A stretch of DNA of 63,191 nt, the filler included, from Rhabdomonas costata (Eukaryota), in assembly GCA_019059605.1 (NCBI GenBank). It is 47 parts of 47 records of this genome, joined end to end, with 100 filler letters (N's around TTAATTAATTAA, not from the genome) between each part and the next. Parts side by side here need not be neighbours in the genome. Positions count along the whole stretch, not along the records: positions 10,791 to 12,038 come from JAHMHO010022042.1; positions 12,139 to 13,385 come from JAHMHO010022043.1; positions 13,486 to 14,732 come from JAHMHO010022044.1; positions 14,833 to 16,079 come from JAHMHO010022045.1; positions 16,180 to 17,426 come from JAHMHO010022046.1; positions 17,527 to 18,773 come from JAHMHO010022047.1; positions 18,874 to 20,120 come from JAHMHO010022048.1; positions 20,221 to 21,467 come from JAHMHO010022049.1; 39 more parts are not named here. One strand, written 5' to 3'. Positions 11,954 through 25,102 of the stretch are shown piece after piece. The translations under genes and the position numbers were made by a program. The notes under the pieces were generated by a model. The model had not been told where the DNA came from. It did not search any database and saw nothing but the letters and a program-made list of their open reading frames with translations. How positions within the stretch are numbered: position 1 is the stretch's first letter; every line of letters begins with the position of its first letter.

Positions 11954-12865
11954 CCAAAGGTAACGTCAAAGAAGCCAATAAACACATGTCACTGAAAGTC
12001 GCCGTCTCGGATGTGCTCACATAGGGCAACCCAAAAACNNNNNNNNNNNNNNNNNNNNNNNNNNNNNNNNNNNNNNNNNNNNTTAATTAATTAANNNNNN
12101 NNNNNNNNNNNNNNNNNNNNNNNNNNNNNNNNNNNNNNGTTGTTGATGGGTCCATGGCACCTGTCTGGACCCATCTACAGCACTGGTTTTGTTCCATTCA
12201 CAAACAATTCATCAGCCTCGGCGCAAATAGTGGCATTCGATCGATCGAGAGCAAGAGAAAGAATCTAAAAAGAAAAATGGAAAAATTAAATCCTTCTTTT
12301 GCGCACTTGATTCAAAAACGCTCCCATCATCCGTTGTGGCTTCTTGCCGTTTCCCATCTCCGCTCTGCTGCGCTGCCCCCCCTCCCTGCCCATTATCGTA
12401 AATTTTTTTGTTGTGATGAAATGCCATGAATTTGTGTCTCAAAAAGAGATCAAACCAAAAAAAATCGATGTGTTGGTGAGCAGCGGATGAAAGGACGTGT
12501 CCCTGTCAGAGGATCAGAAGGAAGATTCTTCCTGATTGAGGCTGATGCATGGCGGTGGCAGGGGAGGTGGTGTGTGTTGAGTGCAAGCGCGATAGTTGAG
12601 GTGGGGCTCATGTCTGGCTCTTCTGGTGATCCCCTGATTTCTGTGCTGCGGGAATGCCTGGAGTTGGCTGGTCCACGGACATTAGACTTGTTTTTTGTGA
12701 AGCATGCGCTCGTTGCTCGCTACAGAGTGCTCGCCTGCTGAGTCCTCACAGTCACAATGATGCCACAGGGTTATCAATTACCGCTGCTGTAACTTCGTCG
12801 AGTCTGGCGGTATGTGTGCGTCTTTGCCTCGGCAAGTGTGTAAGTCTGTGTGTGGGTGCTTTTGC

Positions 12866-13099
12866 CTGGGCAAGGGTCTGCGCCACGCTGTGCATGGTGG
12901 GCAGGTCCACCGGGTTGTCCTCCAAGTGCAGCTCTCGGAGGGCACAGGGAGTGGTGAGCAGGCCGCACATCATGGAGGAGCAGGAGCCCCCAATTTCGCA
13001 GCCGCGGACCTCTAGCCGGCGGATGGCACATTGTGGGAGGGCGTCGGACAACGCGGCGAAACCCTCGCCCTTCAGCGGATTCTCGGACAGGTCCAAGAC
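12866..13099 (-). CDS. RNI-like leucine-rich-repeat protein exon
   Basis: VLDLSENPLKGEGFAALSDALPQCAIRRLEVRGCEIG...LRELHLEDNPV shows three LxxLxLxxN/C units about 27-28 aa apart; TAG acceptor. Confidence 0.88.
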
Positions 13100-15014
13100 C
13101 TAACATAAGCGTAAGTGTGGGAAGTCCATGGGATCAGCCCTACAAAGTAAATGCCAGTCGATCCAATTCCCACTTCAGCGTGAAAGGCCAGGCAAGGTCA
13201 ACAATACCGTGGTTCTTTCTCATGGAACTTGGAAAGTGTTACCTTTCCAAAGCAAACGCAAGCGGCAGTATGGTGCACGTATACGGTGGTGATAAGCTGG
13301 AGCATACGGCCGGAGAGAGGAGGCGACAAAAGAAACAGCGTCAGTTACGCCCGCATCTCCACACCTCCAGAGTGGCACACAAACANNNNNNNNNNNNNNN
13401 NNNNNNNNNNNNNNNNNNNNNNNNNNNNNTTAATTAATTAANNNNNNNNNNNNNNNNNNNNNNNNNNNNNNNNNNNNNNNNNNNNGTGTTGGGGGTTAAA
13501 GAAAGAGTGAGGGGTATTCTATCGCAGATGCCCTCTACTACGCATGGCTCGCTAACGCACCCATGCTTCGTACTTACCCTGAGAGTCTAAACCTCTACCG
13601 GTATTCTCTGCGTGGCTACGCCCGGACGGAGTGAGTGAAACCGTGCAGCGGTGGAACGAGCGAGGTGACACGTGGATAGAAGCAAGGATGTTGGGCTATT
13701 CCGTCAGCGAACTGCGCGCGCGACTGTGGAGTTTATAGCTGGGACAAAACCAACCTGGCGAAGCTCCAGTTCTTCCTTTTCTCTCAGCTTCTGCCGTGCA
13801 GATTCGAGAGCTGCCTTTTCCTGCGAGCAGGAAAACGGACACTGGTGTGCAAATCTGCCGTCTGAAAGTCAGCATAAGAAGTCTGGACAGAAATCATCTC
13901 AGACAAAAAAACGCAAGCAAAAACAGAGTACCTCCTTAACCCCTCGCACCACCGGTCCCACCTATCACAGTACTTTTCTTATGCGCATAAAAACGGCGGG
14001 TTCCTCAGAAATCCCCTGTCAAATTCCATCTGATGCAATCTGGAGATATTAAGTCCAAGAAGACGCACGTTACATACACGGCCGGTGGTTCGGTAGCAGC
14101 GGCAAGCACTCTGCTCATCGAAACAGTGATGAGGTTTTCGAAGCAAAGCCCCCCCCCCAAATGGTGTTTATGTTAATTGGCGTAAATGGCCCCTAATGAC
14201 TGGGTGTATACGGTGCTCCCTTGTAGCTTGGTGACTAGCAGTCTGTGAACCATTCCCCTAGAAACATTGCGTAGACACAGCGTTGATTTTGAAGAAGGAG
14301 GCAACGCGGTGCGTTACATCCACCATCCTACAAAGACACCTGGCGACGGTTTTGCTCTTCCTTCTCCTTTTGCAGAAGGGAGGTCTCCAAAGCTGCTTTT
14401 TCAGCCTGTAAGGGTGGGCAAGTGTTGGGAAGCAAACGACCATCTGAACAAGAGTCGGGCGCGAAAAGGCAGTCGCTAGACCTTATCCAGTGTGGAATTT
14501 ATGCCTCAGAGATACGACAGACTGGGAGCAAAGAGCGGGGATGGAGTAGGAAGAAATTAGACATGAAAAATCATGGGGCCCCAGTAGAGAAAAAAACCAA
14601 ACCTAAAAATGTGCAAAACAGCAAGTTGATGCTGCTCAACCAAGCTAACAACGAGTTTCTTTGCAAGAAAGACATGTTCTGGCCAGCAACTTGTCGATGC
14701 ACCTGTTGTCGCTGGCGTTCCGTCTCCAGCTGNNNNNNNNNNNNNNNNNNNNNNNNNNNNNNNNNNNNNNNNNNNNTTAATTAATTAANNNNNNNNNNNN
14801 NNNNNNNNNNNNNNNNNNNNNNNNNNNNNNNNGTGTTTTGTGCAAATAGTGTGTGTGTGTGTGTGTGTGTGAGTAATGACGACCGCACACGTTTTGTGTG
14901 TGATTTTTCTGTGCTGCGGTACGTGTGGGGCGTGATGGGGCCCAGGGACTGAGTCGCGTGACCAGCACGGGGAGGGGCTTGGAGTTGAACTGGAGTCGTC
15001 CCCCCCCCCCCCAG

Positions 15015-15150
15015 TAATTTCTGAATACATTGTGCACACGATATGTGTATGTGATCCGAAAACTTCGTTTTCGGGAGCGTATGTTCACAAGTGGCACAGT
15101 GGAGTGTTGGTGAAAGGTATGCGGTAGACTTTCGACTGCTTCTTCGGCTC
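15015..15150 (-). mobile_element. Possible degenerate non-LTR retrotransposon C-terminal CCHC knuckle
   Basis: YRIPFTNTPLCHL*TYAPENEVFGSHTHIVC, with a stop at the second Cys position. Confidence 0.3.
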
Positions 15151-18100
15151 ACCTGGTTATCTCTGTGACCCTTCAATTACGGGTATAGTCTGGGATCGGG
15201 GACACGCCTTTTTGTTACCCTGAATATGAATATTGAATATTGAATACACGCCTGCTCCATGGGCTTGTTGGCCAAAGAATTTCTGCGAGAAGTAAAGCGG
15301 TTGCAACGCATAGTTAGAGCTTATGGTTTTAGGGTAAAAGCAGTTCCAACGATTGGAAGTCACCTCGGAACGCCACATTAAAGAGTTGCCTTCCGCGAGT
15401 GTGGCAATGGTTCGATTTGATTGCGGTTTTTTGAGACAAGTCAAACCGTTGGATGAACCGGATGGTTTGTCTTTTGCTTTCGGGCAATTAGGGTTTTGTG
15501 AAGTGCTTCATGTGCGGTCCGGCTCGTAGGGAATGTAGTGGTACAAGGTATCGTTGAAACCTGACTTCAGATCTGGGGCAAATCTGGTGCAAGTGCAGTT
15601 TGTTGTTGATTGGGCTTTTAAAAGACGAATCTGGAGTCTGTAGGTGTGGTGTGGTGTGTTGGGATTTGAAGGAGTTCCTGTGAATCCCTGTGAGTCCCTG
15701 GGAGAGGGATTGGGAGGTGTGAGTGCTGCTTGTCATAGTGCCAAGAGATGAAAGGGAGCCGATCGGGTTTCTGGTTGGAGGTTGCACCAGGCGCGTCGGA
15801 TTCTGCACGCCCTTCGGATATTTGCTTCACAGGAGCTTTCGCATACTATCTCGTCTCGCTTCGTTTCGTCTGGGCGGGAGGTTTTTGGGGGGCTTAGAGT
15901 TGTACAGTTGACGCTGTGAAGCAATAAGTGATGGAACATCCCAGCACACCCTCTCACGAAGGGACCTACACGAAGTGCCGCCCGCCTTCGCTGAAGGCCC
16001 TCGACCCTCCCCGACCGGCCGACCTGCACCCCAGGTTCGCCCCCTCCGGGCTCCCGGAGGAGGGGCTTCCCCAAAAAACNNNNNNNNNNNNNNNNNNNNN
16101 NNNNNNNNNNNNNNNNNNNNNNNTTAATTAATTAANNNNNNNNNNNNNNNNNNNNNNNNNNNNNNNNNNNNNNNNNNNNTTGTTTGGGTAGACATACGGG
16201 CAGGCGCTGATCGTTGGATGTGTGATGCACAGAGGCGCGTTTCTGTGAGATTTTTAAAATCGTACGATCAGGCGAACCAAATAAGCTTCTGAGAAACGTT
16301 TTTATTGCATGTAAACAAGTTCTTTGCCGAAAAACCGGGTGTCCGGGTGTTTTACGTTTGTTTTTTGGTCATCAAAATCGTTATACTCCTCCGTTGGTCT
16401 CCATAGTTGTGTTTTTGTGCAACTTCCACCTGGGAGTTTTGATGTATCACAGGGGCATGGTAGCAGCGCCAAGCCTGAGGAACGAAAGACAAAAACAGGG
16501 AAAACGCACAGTAGGCTGCAACTCGCCAAAAGGCTCACCTTCCTTGCGCAACGTCAGCTGCCGGAGAAGTGAAACGTTCTCCATGTCCCGCCCCCTCTTA
16601 CCGCTCTTCTGCAATGTATCTTCTTGTGGTGTAGTTGCATTCTCACACCACAAACGGAAACAGGCAACAATTGTGCATTTCCCTTTCCCTTCCTTTTATT
16701 TGCTGTTACCTTTTTTGTTCTTTTTACCTTGTGAGTTTGTGTTTTTTCTATATCAAAAGTTTTGCCATAACGATGACGTCATCTTCCAAAACGCCGGGGA
16801 ATTCTGATGTCCACGGCCCTTGCCTTCTTCCCCAGCCCAAACCCGCCCGTTAGCCCTGGTGCCGCGGAAGCGGACCTACTTGTAAGTTCACCGCCGTGGA
16901 ACTTGAAATGTGCATACGAAATTTCTTTGCTGCCACCCTTGTCCTGTATTGACGCCCATCATCGTGACTTCCCTGGTTTGGACATCGTCGACTGCTTGAC
17001 GCAAACACTTCATACCTCCTCTTTTCAATTCCAACGGTGCCACCGGCCACAACCCTTTCATATTCAATGCCGTGGATTCGAATCACCATTGCCTCGAAGG
17101 GTGGAGGGTGTTGCGGCCGTTCGAAAACAGGAATCAGCTTCAAGATCTTTAAAGCCGGCTTTTGGTCAAATCCGCGACTCCCACCAGTTTCGAAATCCTA
17201 TCGATTTCGCTCTTTCCCATTCACCCCTTTTGCTCCAACGAAATTCTCTTTCCTGTTTCGCCCGTTGGCAATCCCATTCTCCTTCACTTCCGTCGTGTTG
17301 TATGTCGTGTTGTATATTGGGCGCCAAATCATCGCTGGACAACCGAATACCTTTGAAACAACACAATTCTTATGACAGGTTGTTTCTATTCTTTGCCCTC
17401 GTGCTGCGCAGTGGCCCCAACCCACCNNNNNNNNNNNNNNNNNNNNNNNNNNNNNNNNNNNNNNNNNNNNTTAATTAATTAANNNNNNNNNNNNNNNNNN
17501 NNNNNNNNNNNNNNNNNNNNNNNNNNCATCTGTGCTGTTCATGAAATTTCTACGTGGGGAAACGGAAACTTACTATTCTTGTGTAGTCTTGTTAAGTTCT
17601 TGCGGGTAAACAGAGAGACGTTGAGTACGATTTCTCGTTATGGCTAACACAACTCCTGCAACATACACACGTTTGCATTGTTTGAATTGCTTGGCAGTCA
17701 AATCCGCATCACATAGATTTTTAAGATCATGTTTTCTGGTTGAGACATACGGTAAAACTAATGAATTTGTGATCGTGCACAACATTTGATCTAAGTTCAT
17801 GTCTGTACTACGTTCGTGTTGCAATTCCAAAAGCGACGTGCATGAGAAAACATGTGCGCACTACTTCAAAGGGTGGCATGTGACCGCGCTTGTCGTGCAA
17901 GCGGTGTGATAGGTCCAGGTAAGCAAAAATGGACTTAACAAACATTCATACGTCAGTGCATACAAACGACCTTGCCCATGGCTAAGACGACACAAAGGAC
18001 GAAACATGCGTCAAGTAAAATGACGATTGGGACGTAACCGTAATTCAATCTGTTGCATTTTCCGGATGCCAAAACCCCGCTGAACGGCAATGCGCCCTTT

Positions 18101-19408
18101 TTGGGTTTTTAGAGGCGTCAAAAATAACTTGACACTGCTGAAAGCAAGTGTTGGTTTGAGAAGCCAGCATACATGGGCAACGTGGAGTTGGAGTTGGTTT
18201 AAGTGATCCGTATTGGTTTGGTTGGATGAGCATATTGTGTTGCTGCTTGTCGTGCCTTGTCGCGTCGCGGGTTTAGGATGGTGTGGACAGTGCTTGACAG
18301 CAGCTCTTGCGACTGAGGCCGCGGTTCCACAATGATATGTTCTTTGGATATTTCGTGTGGCGGAGGTTTACGAAAAATGCAAGCATTGTTCTGGCAAACA
18401 AGTGGGCTTACTAGCGGGGGCAGCGTTGGAGGAACAGGTAGAAAATGGGTCGAAGGAGCGCTTAGCGTGCGCGGCCTGATCTTCAGTATCCGAACGTGCC
18501 GCCTCAGCCATTTTGTACATGTTACACCACCGATTCGGGTTGATTATCACATTTCGATGCCCGGAGCACTGTGATGTATTCAACCACTCCCTGTGGAAGG
18601 TTATTGGGTCGTTGCTTTGGTACACAAGGTGCTTCGCCGAAAAAGTCGAAGTAAAAGTCGAACGTGAGTCAAAACCGCAGCAAACTTGCGAAAAAACCAA
18701 CATACCGAAAAACTTTTGCTAGAAACCAGTTGCCACAGGCAACACATGACCTGGCTGAAGCGAACCCCAAAAANNNNNNNNNNNNNNNNNNNNNNNNNNN
18801 NNNNNNNNNNNNNNNNNTTAATTAATTAANNNNNNNNNNNNNNNNNNNNNNNNNNNNNNNNNNNNNNNNNNNNGGGTTTTGGGCTGTAAGAGTCGAGCAG
18901 CTCCGCAAAGGGTGATGCCCAGAAGGGCGAATTCCTGTACTCTCCTATGTTCTCTTTCGGCTGTGTCATAATCTGGACACTGACATGGATTTGGAGAGAA
19001 AGGATTGAAAGAAGAAAGGTAGAAAACAGGGACCCGACAGATTGATAAAAAGATAAAGTGAACCTTTCCGGCTGTGCGCCGTACTTTATAATGGCGAAGA
19101 GTATAACTCTAACTAAGATTCCGGCAGGTTGGCGAAATGTAGTGTAGTGTCAGTAGTCTGGAAGTTATGATTGCGGAAGGTTGTCGCAAAGACTGAACCT
19201 GTTTGTTTTTTGACCGAGCATTAATTTCTCATCCCTAAAAATGACGGAAATGGAACGCGCGGCAGGACGGTAGCTCCTCCGAAATCAGATCCGCAGGAAA
19301 GGTGATGGGGACCACTGATAGGAGAGAGTGGTGTTTGCCTGAAGCTGTTGGCTGTTGTGTTGTTGGTAACTCTGAGCTTACGTGGTTGTGTGCACCACCT
19401 TTCCACAG

Positions 19409-19876
19409 CGAATCCGAGCTGTGGAAGCTATGGCTGCCCTTCCGGATACACCGCAGTGAGTTCCAGCACCCTGTGTGTGACTCAAACCTGCACTCAGACG
19501 GACTGCTGCACAGGTTCTCAAGCTTTTTCTTTCCTCTAGATCTTCCCAACCCATCGAACATTCTCGAGCTGTCTGGAACGTAGGATCATGTATTATGTGT
19601 TGTTAGGAAACTTCGGGTTGATGATCAGAGAATTCATTTTACTCAACTCATCTTAATCCACTGTGTAAATACTCTCTCATTCTCATACTCTCTTCTTCCG
19701 TTGTAACTTTTCGTGAACAACTCCTTCTCCATTATTGGTTTCCCTCGGTTTACTTGTCTTCTCAGCGAACCCGACCTGCGGGAGCTCTGGTTACAGCTGT
19801 CCGTCAGGGTACACCATGAATCCCAACAGCGCTGTGTGCGCGACGGCACCGTGTCAGCAGACGGACTGCTGCACAG
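19409..19876 (+). CDS. Cysteine-rich repeat protein, one 6-Cys module per exon
   Basis: Exons 19409-19513 (ANPSCGSYGCPSGYTAVSSSTLCVTQTCTQTDCCT) and 19766-19876 (ANPTCGSSGYSCPSGYTMNPNSAVCATAPCQQTDCCT), both CAG|..|GT and phase 1-1. Confidence 0.88.
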
Positions 19877-21977
19877 GTTTCGCGAGCATGAGTGACAAAT
19901 TCGTCATTTTATCATTTTGTCGAGGATGTGTTTATCGGCGCAACGCTGCGCTGCGGTCCAAGTTCATTGGCGCTTCTATGCGAAGACATGGTCATTTCAT
20001 CGCTGCATGCATCACAACAACATCATGACATGCGTCTCATGTGCGCAACGCTCGTATGAGAGACAGCGCCATACATACAACGGCGTTGTAAGCGATATAC
20101 GGAACTCCCCCACCCACCCCNNNNNNNNNNNNNNNNNNNNNNNNNNNNNNNNNNNNNNNNNNNNTTAATTAATTAANNNNNNNNNNNNNNNNNNNNNNNN
20201 NNNNNNNNNNNNNNNNNNNNTTTTGTGTGGGGGACCGGACGGATGGCTCAGCATATGCGTCTGTTGAATTTTCACATTTAAAAGGGAGTAAGCTGCATTT
20301 TCTCTCTCAGGGCTGCTTGAGATTGACCAGCTGTTTGGCGGGGTCGACTCTTCCCTGGTGAACACGGAGGGGATCCTGGCGAAGCTTCAGCGGTACCTCA
20401 GTGACCGCAGGCCGTCCGGACAGGTTCCTGGGAGTTAGTGGATTGCAGGACAGTGGCCACTCGGAACCTCAGAATAGAATACACCTGTTCGTACCAGTTC
20501 TCCTGCGTGGGTGCACGACTACACGCACTTCATCGTTGGGTTGGGGTGGGGTTGCCCAGATGTCGATCAGCATCCTTCGGGCTGAACTTGCGGAAACGTT
20601 TCAACTGAAGAAGGTGTTCTCTGGTGATGACGTGCGCCCTTGCTCCTTTTCTGTGGTGGTTGCTCCTTCCTCTCAACCGAAACAAAGAGCAAAGGGGGAC
20701 GTCGAAAAAATGATTATACTCAGTCGTTTGCTTTTGAAGTGTTGTTTTTCATCGGCTCGCAGCCATTATACTATTGTTCACCTTCAGTGTCTTTGTGCCA
20801 TACAGCCACCATCTTGGCAAATGTTTTCCAATTCTTTCTAGGTCATTCAGTCCCTCCCGATTGCAGGATGTTTCGGTGCTTTGAGCTGGATGGAACGGGG
20901 TGATATTGGGTGCGGGGGCGGACTCTCAGGAGATTCCGCGGTGGCAGTTCTCGGAAGTGCTGAGGATGGCACTGGACCGCGGTCTTGTGAGGCGGGTCAA
21001 CGCCTCGGACGATACCGTTGTCTTTTCAACGGAATGAGGGAAGAATTTTCCGGGGCTTCCCCTCGGCCTGTTGAGCTCGTTGGATGCTACAGATCAGGCA
21101 GACAGCAGTTTGGTTGTGTCGGAATTGCTTGTACAACAACAGTACAATACAATTCATGGGGTTGCCCGATGATGCGCACAGGCGACGGTGTACTTTACCA
21201 TGCGCTTTGCTGCGTCGAAACTCCGCCTCGGACGTCAGCCCAAATCCTGCGTGAGAACTTTCACAGCATCTGCGGTTTGCGATTATCCTAACACTGGGAA
21301 TTGCCGTACAGAAAGAATGCGGAAAATGAAATCGCATTTACGCAGATGGATGAAAAGTAAAGAATGTGCCTAGCAATCAGTGCTCGCACGGAGACCCTCA
21401 AGAAACGTTTATGTGACGCGCTCGACACCACCCAGCAGAGCCGGAATCTCCGTCTGACCCACACCCCNNNNNNNNNNNNNNNNNNNNNNNNNNNNNNNNN
21501 NNNNNNNNNNNTTAATTAATTAANNNNNNNNNNNNNNNNNNNNNNNNNNNNNNNNNNNNNNNNNNNNTGTATTTGGTGGTGATGGGGGGGGGGTTGAACG
21601 TTATGCATGGCTGCACTTTGACAGACAGATGGGGTGCGGCCGGAGCTGCTCAACGTCTGAAGACTACCTCGACATGACATGCAGTTTTTTTTTAAAGTTT
21701 AACAGTTTAAACGTTAAGCTCTTCTAAACGTCATCGGAGCAAAACGTTTAACGCCCCCCCTCCCCCCAATACAATATGCAGCAATCTGTAGCAGGCAGGA
21801 AGCAGGCAGAAATATGTTCGAAAAGACTACAAAACGCCAGGTGTGACCTCACCTCCCTCGAGCATTATCTGCTCTAGTTCCCGTGCATATTTGAATACAC
21901 TTCAGACCTCCTCCCTCTCTCCCTCTCTCCTCCTCCTTCCCCTCCCTCGCTCCTCGCTCAACGTCGTTCCTCCAAAG

Positions 21978-22187
21978 GCGGTTACTACGCAGTACGTTGT
22001 GGTGTGCTCCGTGCACTCCGCGGCAGAGTCCTCGGGGGGCTGGCGTGAAGCCGGCGCCTCAAGGGTCTACGCACTACCCTTCTCACGGCCTCCGCCTGGG
22101 GCCCCCACCGACGCCCCGCACCGGGCCTCGTACCCGGAGCTGTGCTTCCCTGTGGAGGGCTGCAAGCCCCCATTGAGTGACATTGTG
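21978..22187 (+). CDS. Hypothetical protein exon
   Basis: GC-rich 210-nt open exon between a pyrimidine tract with AAG and a GTAAG donor: AVTTQYVVVCSVHSAAESSGGWREAGASRVY... Confidence 0.6.
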
Positions 22188-23554
22188 GTAAGCAACGGAA
22201 CGCCCTGGAAAGTGCTTCCACTAGCCCTTAAGCCAATGACGGCTGCGGAACAGATTGCTTCCTTCGGAGTGAAGCCTGTACAGTTGTCGGGTCCTCACCT
22301 AACGTCACCATATAGCGGCCTCTTCTGTTGGGGGGAGGGCGTTCAACGTTAAGAACTGCCAGACGGTCATAGATTTCCAGTCCCTCCTCAAATTAAATGT
22401 TTGCTTAGGGGGAAAGAAAAACAGCATACCTAACTCATTTTGCTGAAATAAATGCATTTAGAAGTAGTTGAAACAGTTAAACTAATTAGCATCGTCCTCC
22501 AAAATGTGTCTGATTGGAACGTTTAGCACTGCTAAATGTTTAGCAGTGCTAAACGGAGCATCGCCCACCCCTTCGACCGTCTCAACCCATCCGCCCGCTC
22601 GAGACGCACCGCGGCGCTGGCCTTTGTATCTAAACTAATCGGAATCCTTTTGTATTGCTATGTACTGGAGATCAGGGCTGGCCGGGCAGCCCATTGGCCA
22701 TGGTCCATTCAGAACCTTCAACTTGGCCGTACCGAAAACGGTGCCGAAGATGGGCATAAAAGTGCTTGAAGCACCGGATAACGTCCGTAGGGATGCCCGT
22801 CTCCACCACACCCCNNNNNNNNNNNNNNNNNNNNNNNNNNNNNNNNNNNNNNNNNNNNTTAATTAATTAANNNNNNNNNNNNNNNNNNNNNNNNNNNNNN
22901 NNNNNNNNNNNNNNGTTTTTTGGTCTTTCGTTGACTGGAGCAGAATTCATAAATTGTCGATTGTACCGGTTGTCCCGCCTTTATATTGCCAATTATTTGA
23001 GCACTTTGCTGTTTTTGATTATTCGTATGCTGGTCAAGTGAAGCGATTTGACTTTGCGTGTGCGAAACAAAAGTTTGCGAAGCAAAAATTAAATTATTGC
23101 CGTATATAAAAATATGAAAACTTGGGAAAGAAATAAGGTCGATTTACCCCTTGAAGAATTGGGAAGTATGGAAATTTTGAAAGTTATTTTTATAATTCCG
23201 GTCTGGTCTTTGGACGAGAAGTCAAAGCAAGTCTTGGTTGCTGGTGGCTAACAATGTGTGACTCCACTACTATGTCCGCATTTTTTCGTCATCTCATTCG
23301 TTTTCTTCAACAGGTGTCATGTCCCATCGATCGTGTCTGATCGTTATTCCCCCCAAAAACTAACATAAAGACTTCGGTGCCTTGCAAAGTGGGAAAAGGG
23401 AAATAACAGGTAACGTAACACCATGCATTACTTTTCATGGTAAGCCCTCTCCCCGATATTACTTCGATTTTCATGGGTGGGAATCTAACACGTGACCATT
23501 CCGTTACAGCACTGGAAGTGCAGCACAAAAGACCTCCGCGATCCTTAGGCCCCT

Positions 23555-24161
23555 GCAGCAGCTGCTGCAGTGAGCGCAGGATTTCCTCGGTGAGGGCGGA
23601 TGGCCACTGAATGTAAGGAGAGGACACAGAGAGAAAGAGTTGACCGGTCCTGTCCTTCGGATCGAACATAACCAGGTCAGCGAGTACATGCAGGCAGGCA
23701 ACCTCCGTCTCATGGCAGCTCTACGTCACATGGCTACTTTTAGGAAAATGCCGAATATTTCAATCAGGGCAGCGTAACGCAACATAGCACCGCATTGGCC
23801 AACTAGGGTAAGAGATGGATTTGAGGGAATGGTTTCATCCTAGGATTTCTTCTTTGATTTGTTTCTACTTGTTCACAACCTTCCTCATATATGTGAAAAA
23901 ACGGAAAAGTAGCAAGCCAAAAAAGACAAACAAAAAACGATGCTACTACTTGCACTACTACTCGCACTCAACCGATTGCGAGTCCACACCCAAACACCCA
24001 AGCGCAAGAACCGTCAGACTGAGGCAGATCCGCATCGCCCCCCGCAGCCCGGCGGGGTGTGCCCTGAAGACGTCCACAAAGATGCTTGAGCTGCGGTGGT
24101 GTAGGGCAGAGAGCAGGGCCTCGGCCAGACTGAGCTCCGAAGGGGTGGGCACCCCACCCAC
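23555..24161 (-). CDS. Hypothetical helical protein, about 2 exons
   Basis: GC-rich coding-like blocks LSLAEALLSALHHRSSSIFVDVF and CLHVLADLVMFDPKD...EEILRSLQQLLQG with plausible splice sites; boundaries approximate. Confidence 0.45.
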
Positions 24162-24535
24162 NNNNNNNNNNNNNNNNNNNNNNNNNNNNNNNNNNNNNNN
24201 NNNNNTTAATTAATTAANNNNNNNNNNNNNNNNNNNNNNNNNNNNNNNNNNNNNNNNNNNNTGGGGGTGGTAGAAGTACAGCAGTACCAAGCACAGAAGA
24301 TAGAAAAAGGCGCACTTCGGGTGCAGGGGAGCAAGGCAAGAGCTGCTGCACCGGAAGAGAGGGCCCCCCCTTCCGCTCGCTCCCTGTTTACAGCTGCTGA
24401 CTCATCCCTCTTGAAAAACACGGTGGCTAAACACACAAAACAATATGAGAAGTAGGGGCACCGGAAGAAAGCCTGCAGTCGCGAAAAGGAGCCGAAGCGA
24501 GTGCAGGCCCCCTCCTTGTGGCTGTGGCTCCTCAC

Positions 24536-25102
24536 TTAGACTATTCGGACGGAATTGCGGCAATAGTACATAGACACCACCACGAAGGCGTCCTCTGTGA
24601 AGCCCAGGCGCACCGCGGACTGCCCTCCCCACACGACCTCCCCGTTCACAGCGAAGACCGCGGTACCTCCCATGGGGTCGCTGCGGTCGCTGCGGTCCAC
24701 CCGAATCTCCACCCGATCCCCGGGGTTCACCGCCGCGGTCATGCTGGTGGCAGTGCCGCCGTGATAAGTCGCCTTCCGGCTAAATGACAAGCACAACGCT
24801 GGGGACCACTGCTGCTCACCAGGGCAAATACCATGGCGAGGCTGCAAGTCCCCGCAGGTGCTCACGGGGGCCAACCCAAAAGACAGCCCTGGACCATGGC
24901 TGTCCAGTACCTCAAAGCAAACTGTTGTGGTGCCGGGCTGGCCCAGGCAGAGCAGGGCGTCCAGTCGTGCGCTGCGGGTCGGCTGGGTGTCACGGCTGTA
25001 GACCAGCTCGCGGCGGGTTGCGGGGTCGGTGATGTCGAACTGGGGTGGGCATGCCTGGGGGCCCTCCGCGAACCTCGGCAGCAGCCCCCACGTGCGGGGC
25101 AC
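24536..25102 (-). CDS. SPRY/B30.2- or NHR-like domain terminal exon, paralog 2
   Basis: Shares the start VPRxWG and the blocks DALLCLGQPGTTTVCFEVL and NPGDRVEIRVDRSD with 8865-9341; ends AFVVVSMYYCRNSVRIV-TAA. Confidence 0.8.
   Translation of the reverse strand: MPRTWGLLPRFAEGPQACPPQFDITDPATRRELVYSRDTQPTRSARLDALLCLGQPGTTTVCFEVLDSHGPGLSFGLAPVSTCGDLQPRHGICPGEQQWSPALCLSFSRKATYHGGTATSMTAAVNPGDRVEIRVDRSDRSDPMGGTAVFAVNGEVVWGGQSAVRLGFTEDAFVVVSMYYCRNSVRIV

Noticed and set aside
16990..17180. Tyrosine-recombinase-like words (SCFRTAAT...GRW...RRY) on the minus strand
   Set aside because: Several stops, no catalytic His and a frameshift needed; too weak.
23477..23515. tRNA T-arm-like string on the minus strand
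   Set aside because: No D-arm/A-box or acceptor stem; the TTCGA core is altered.
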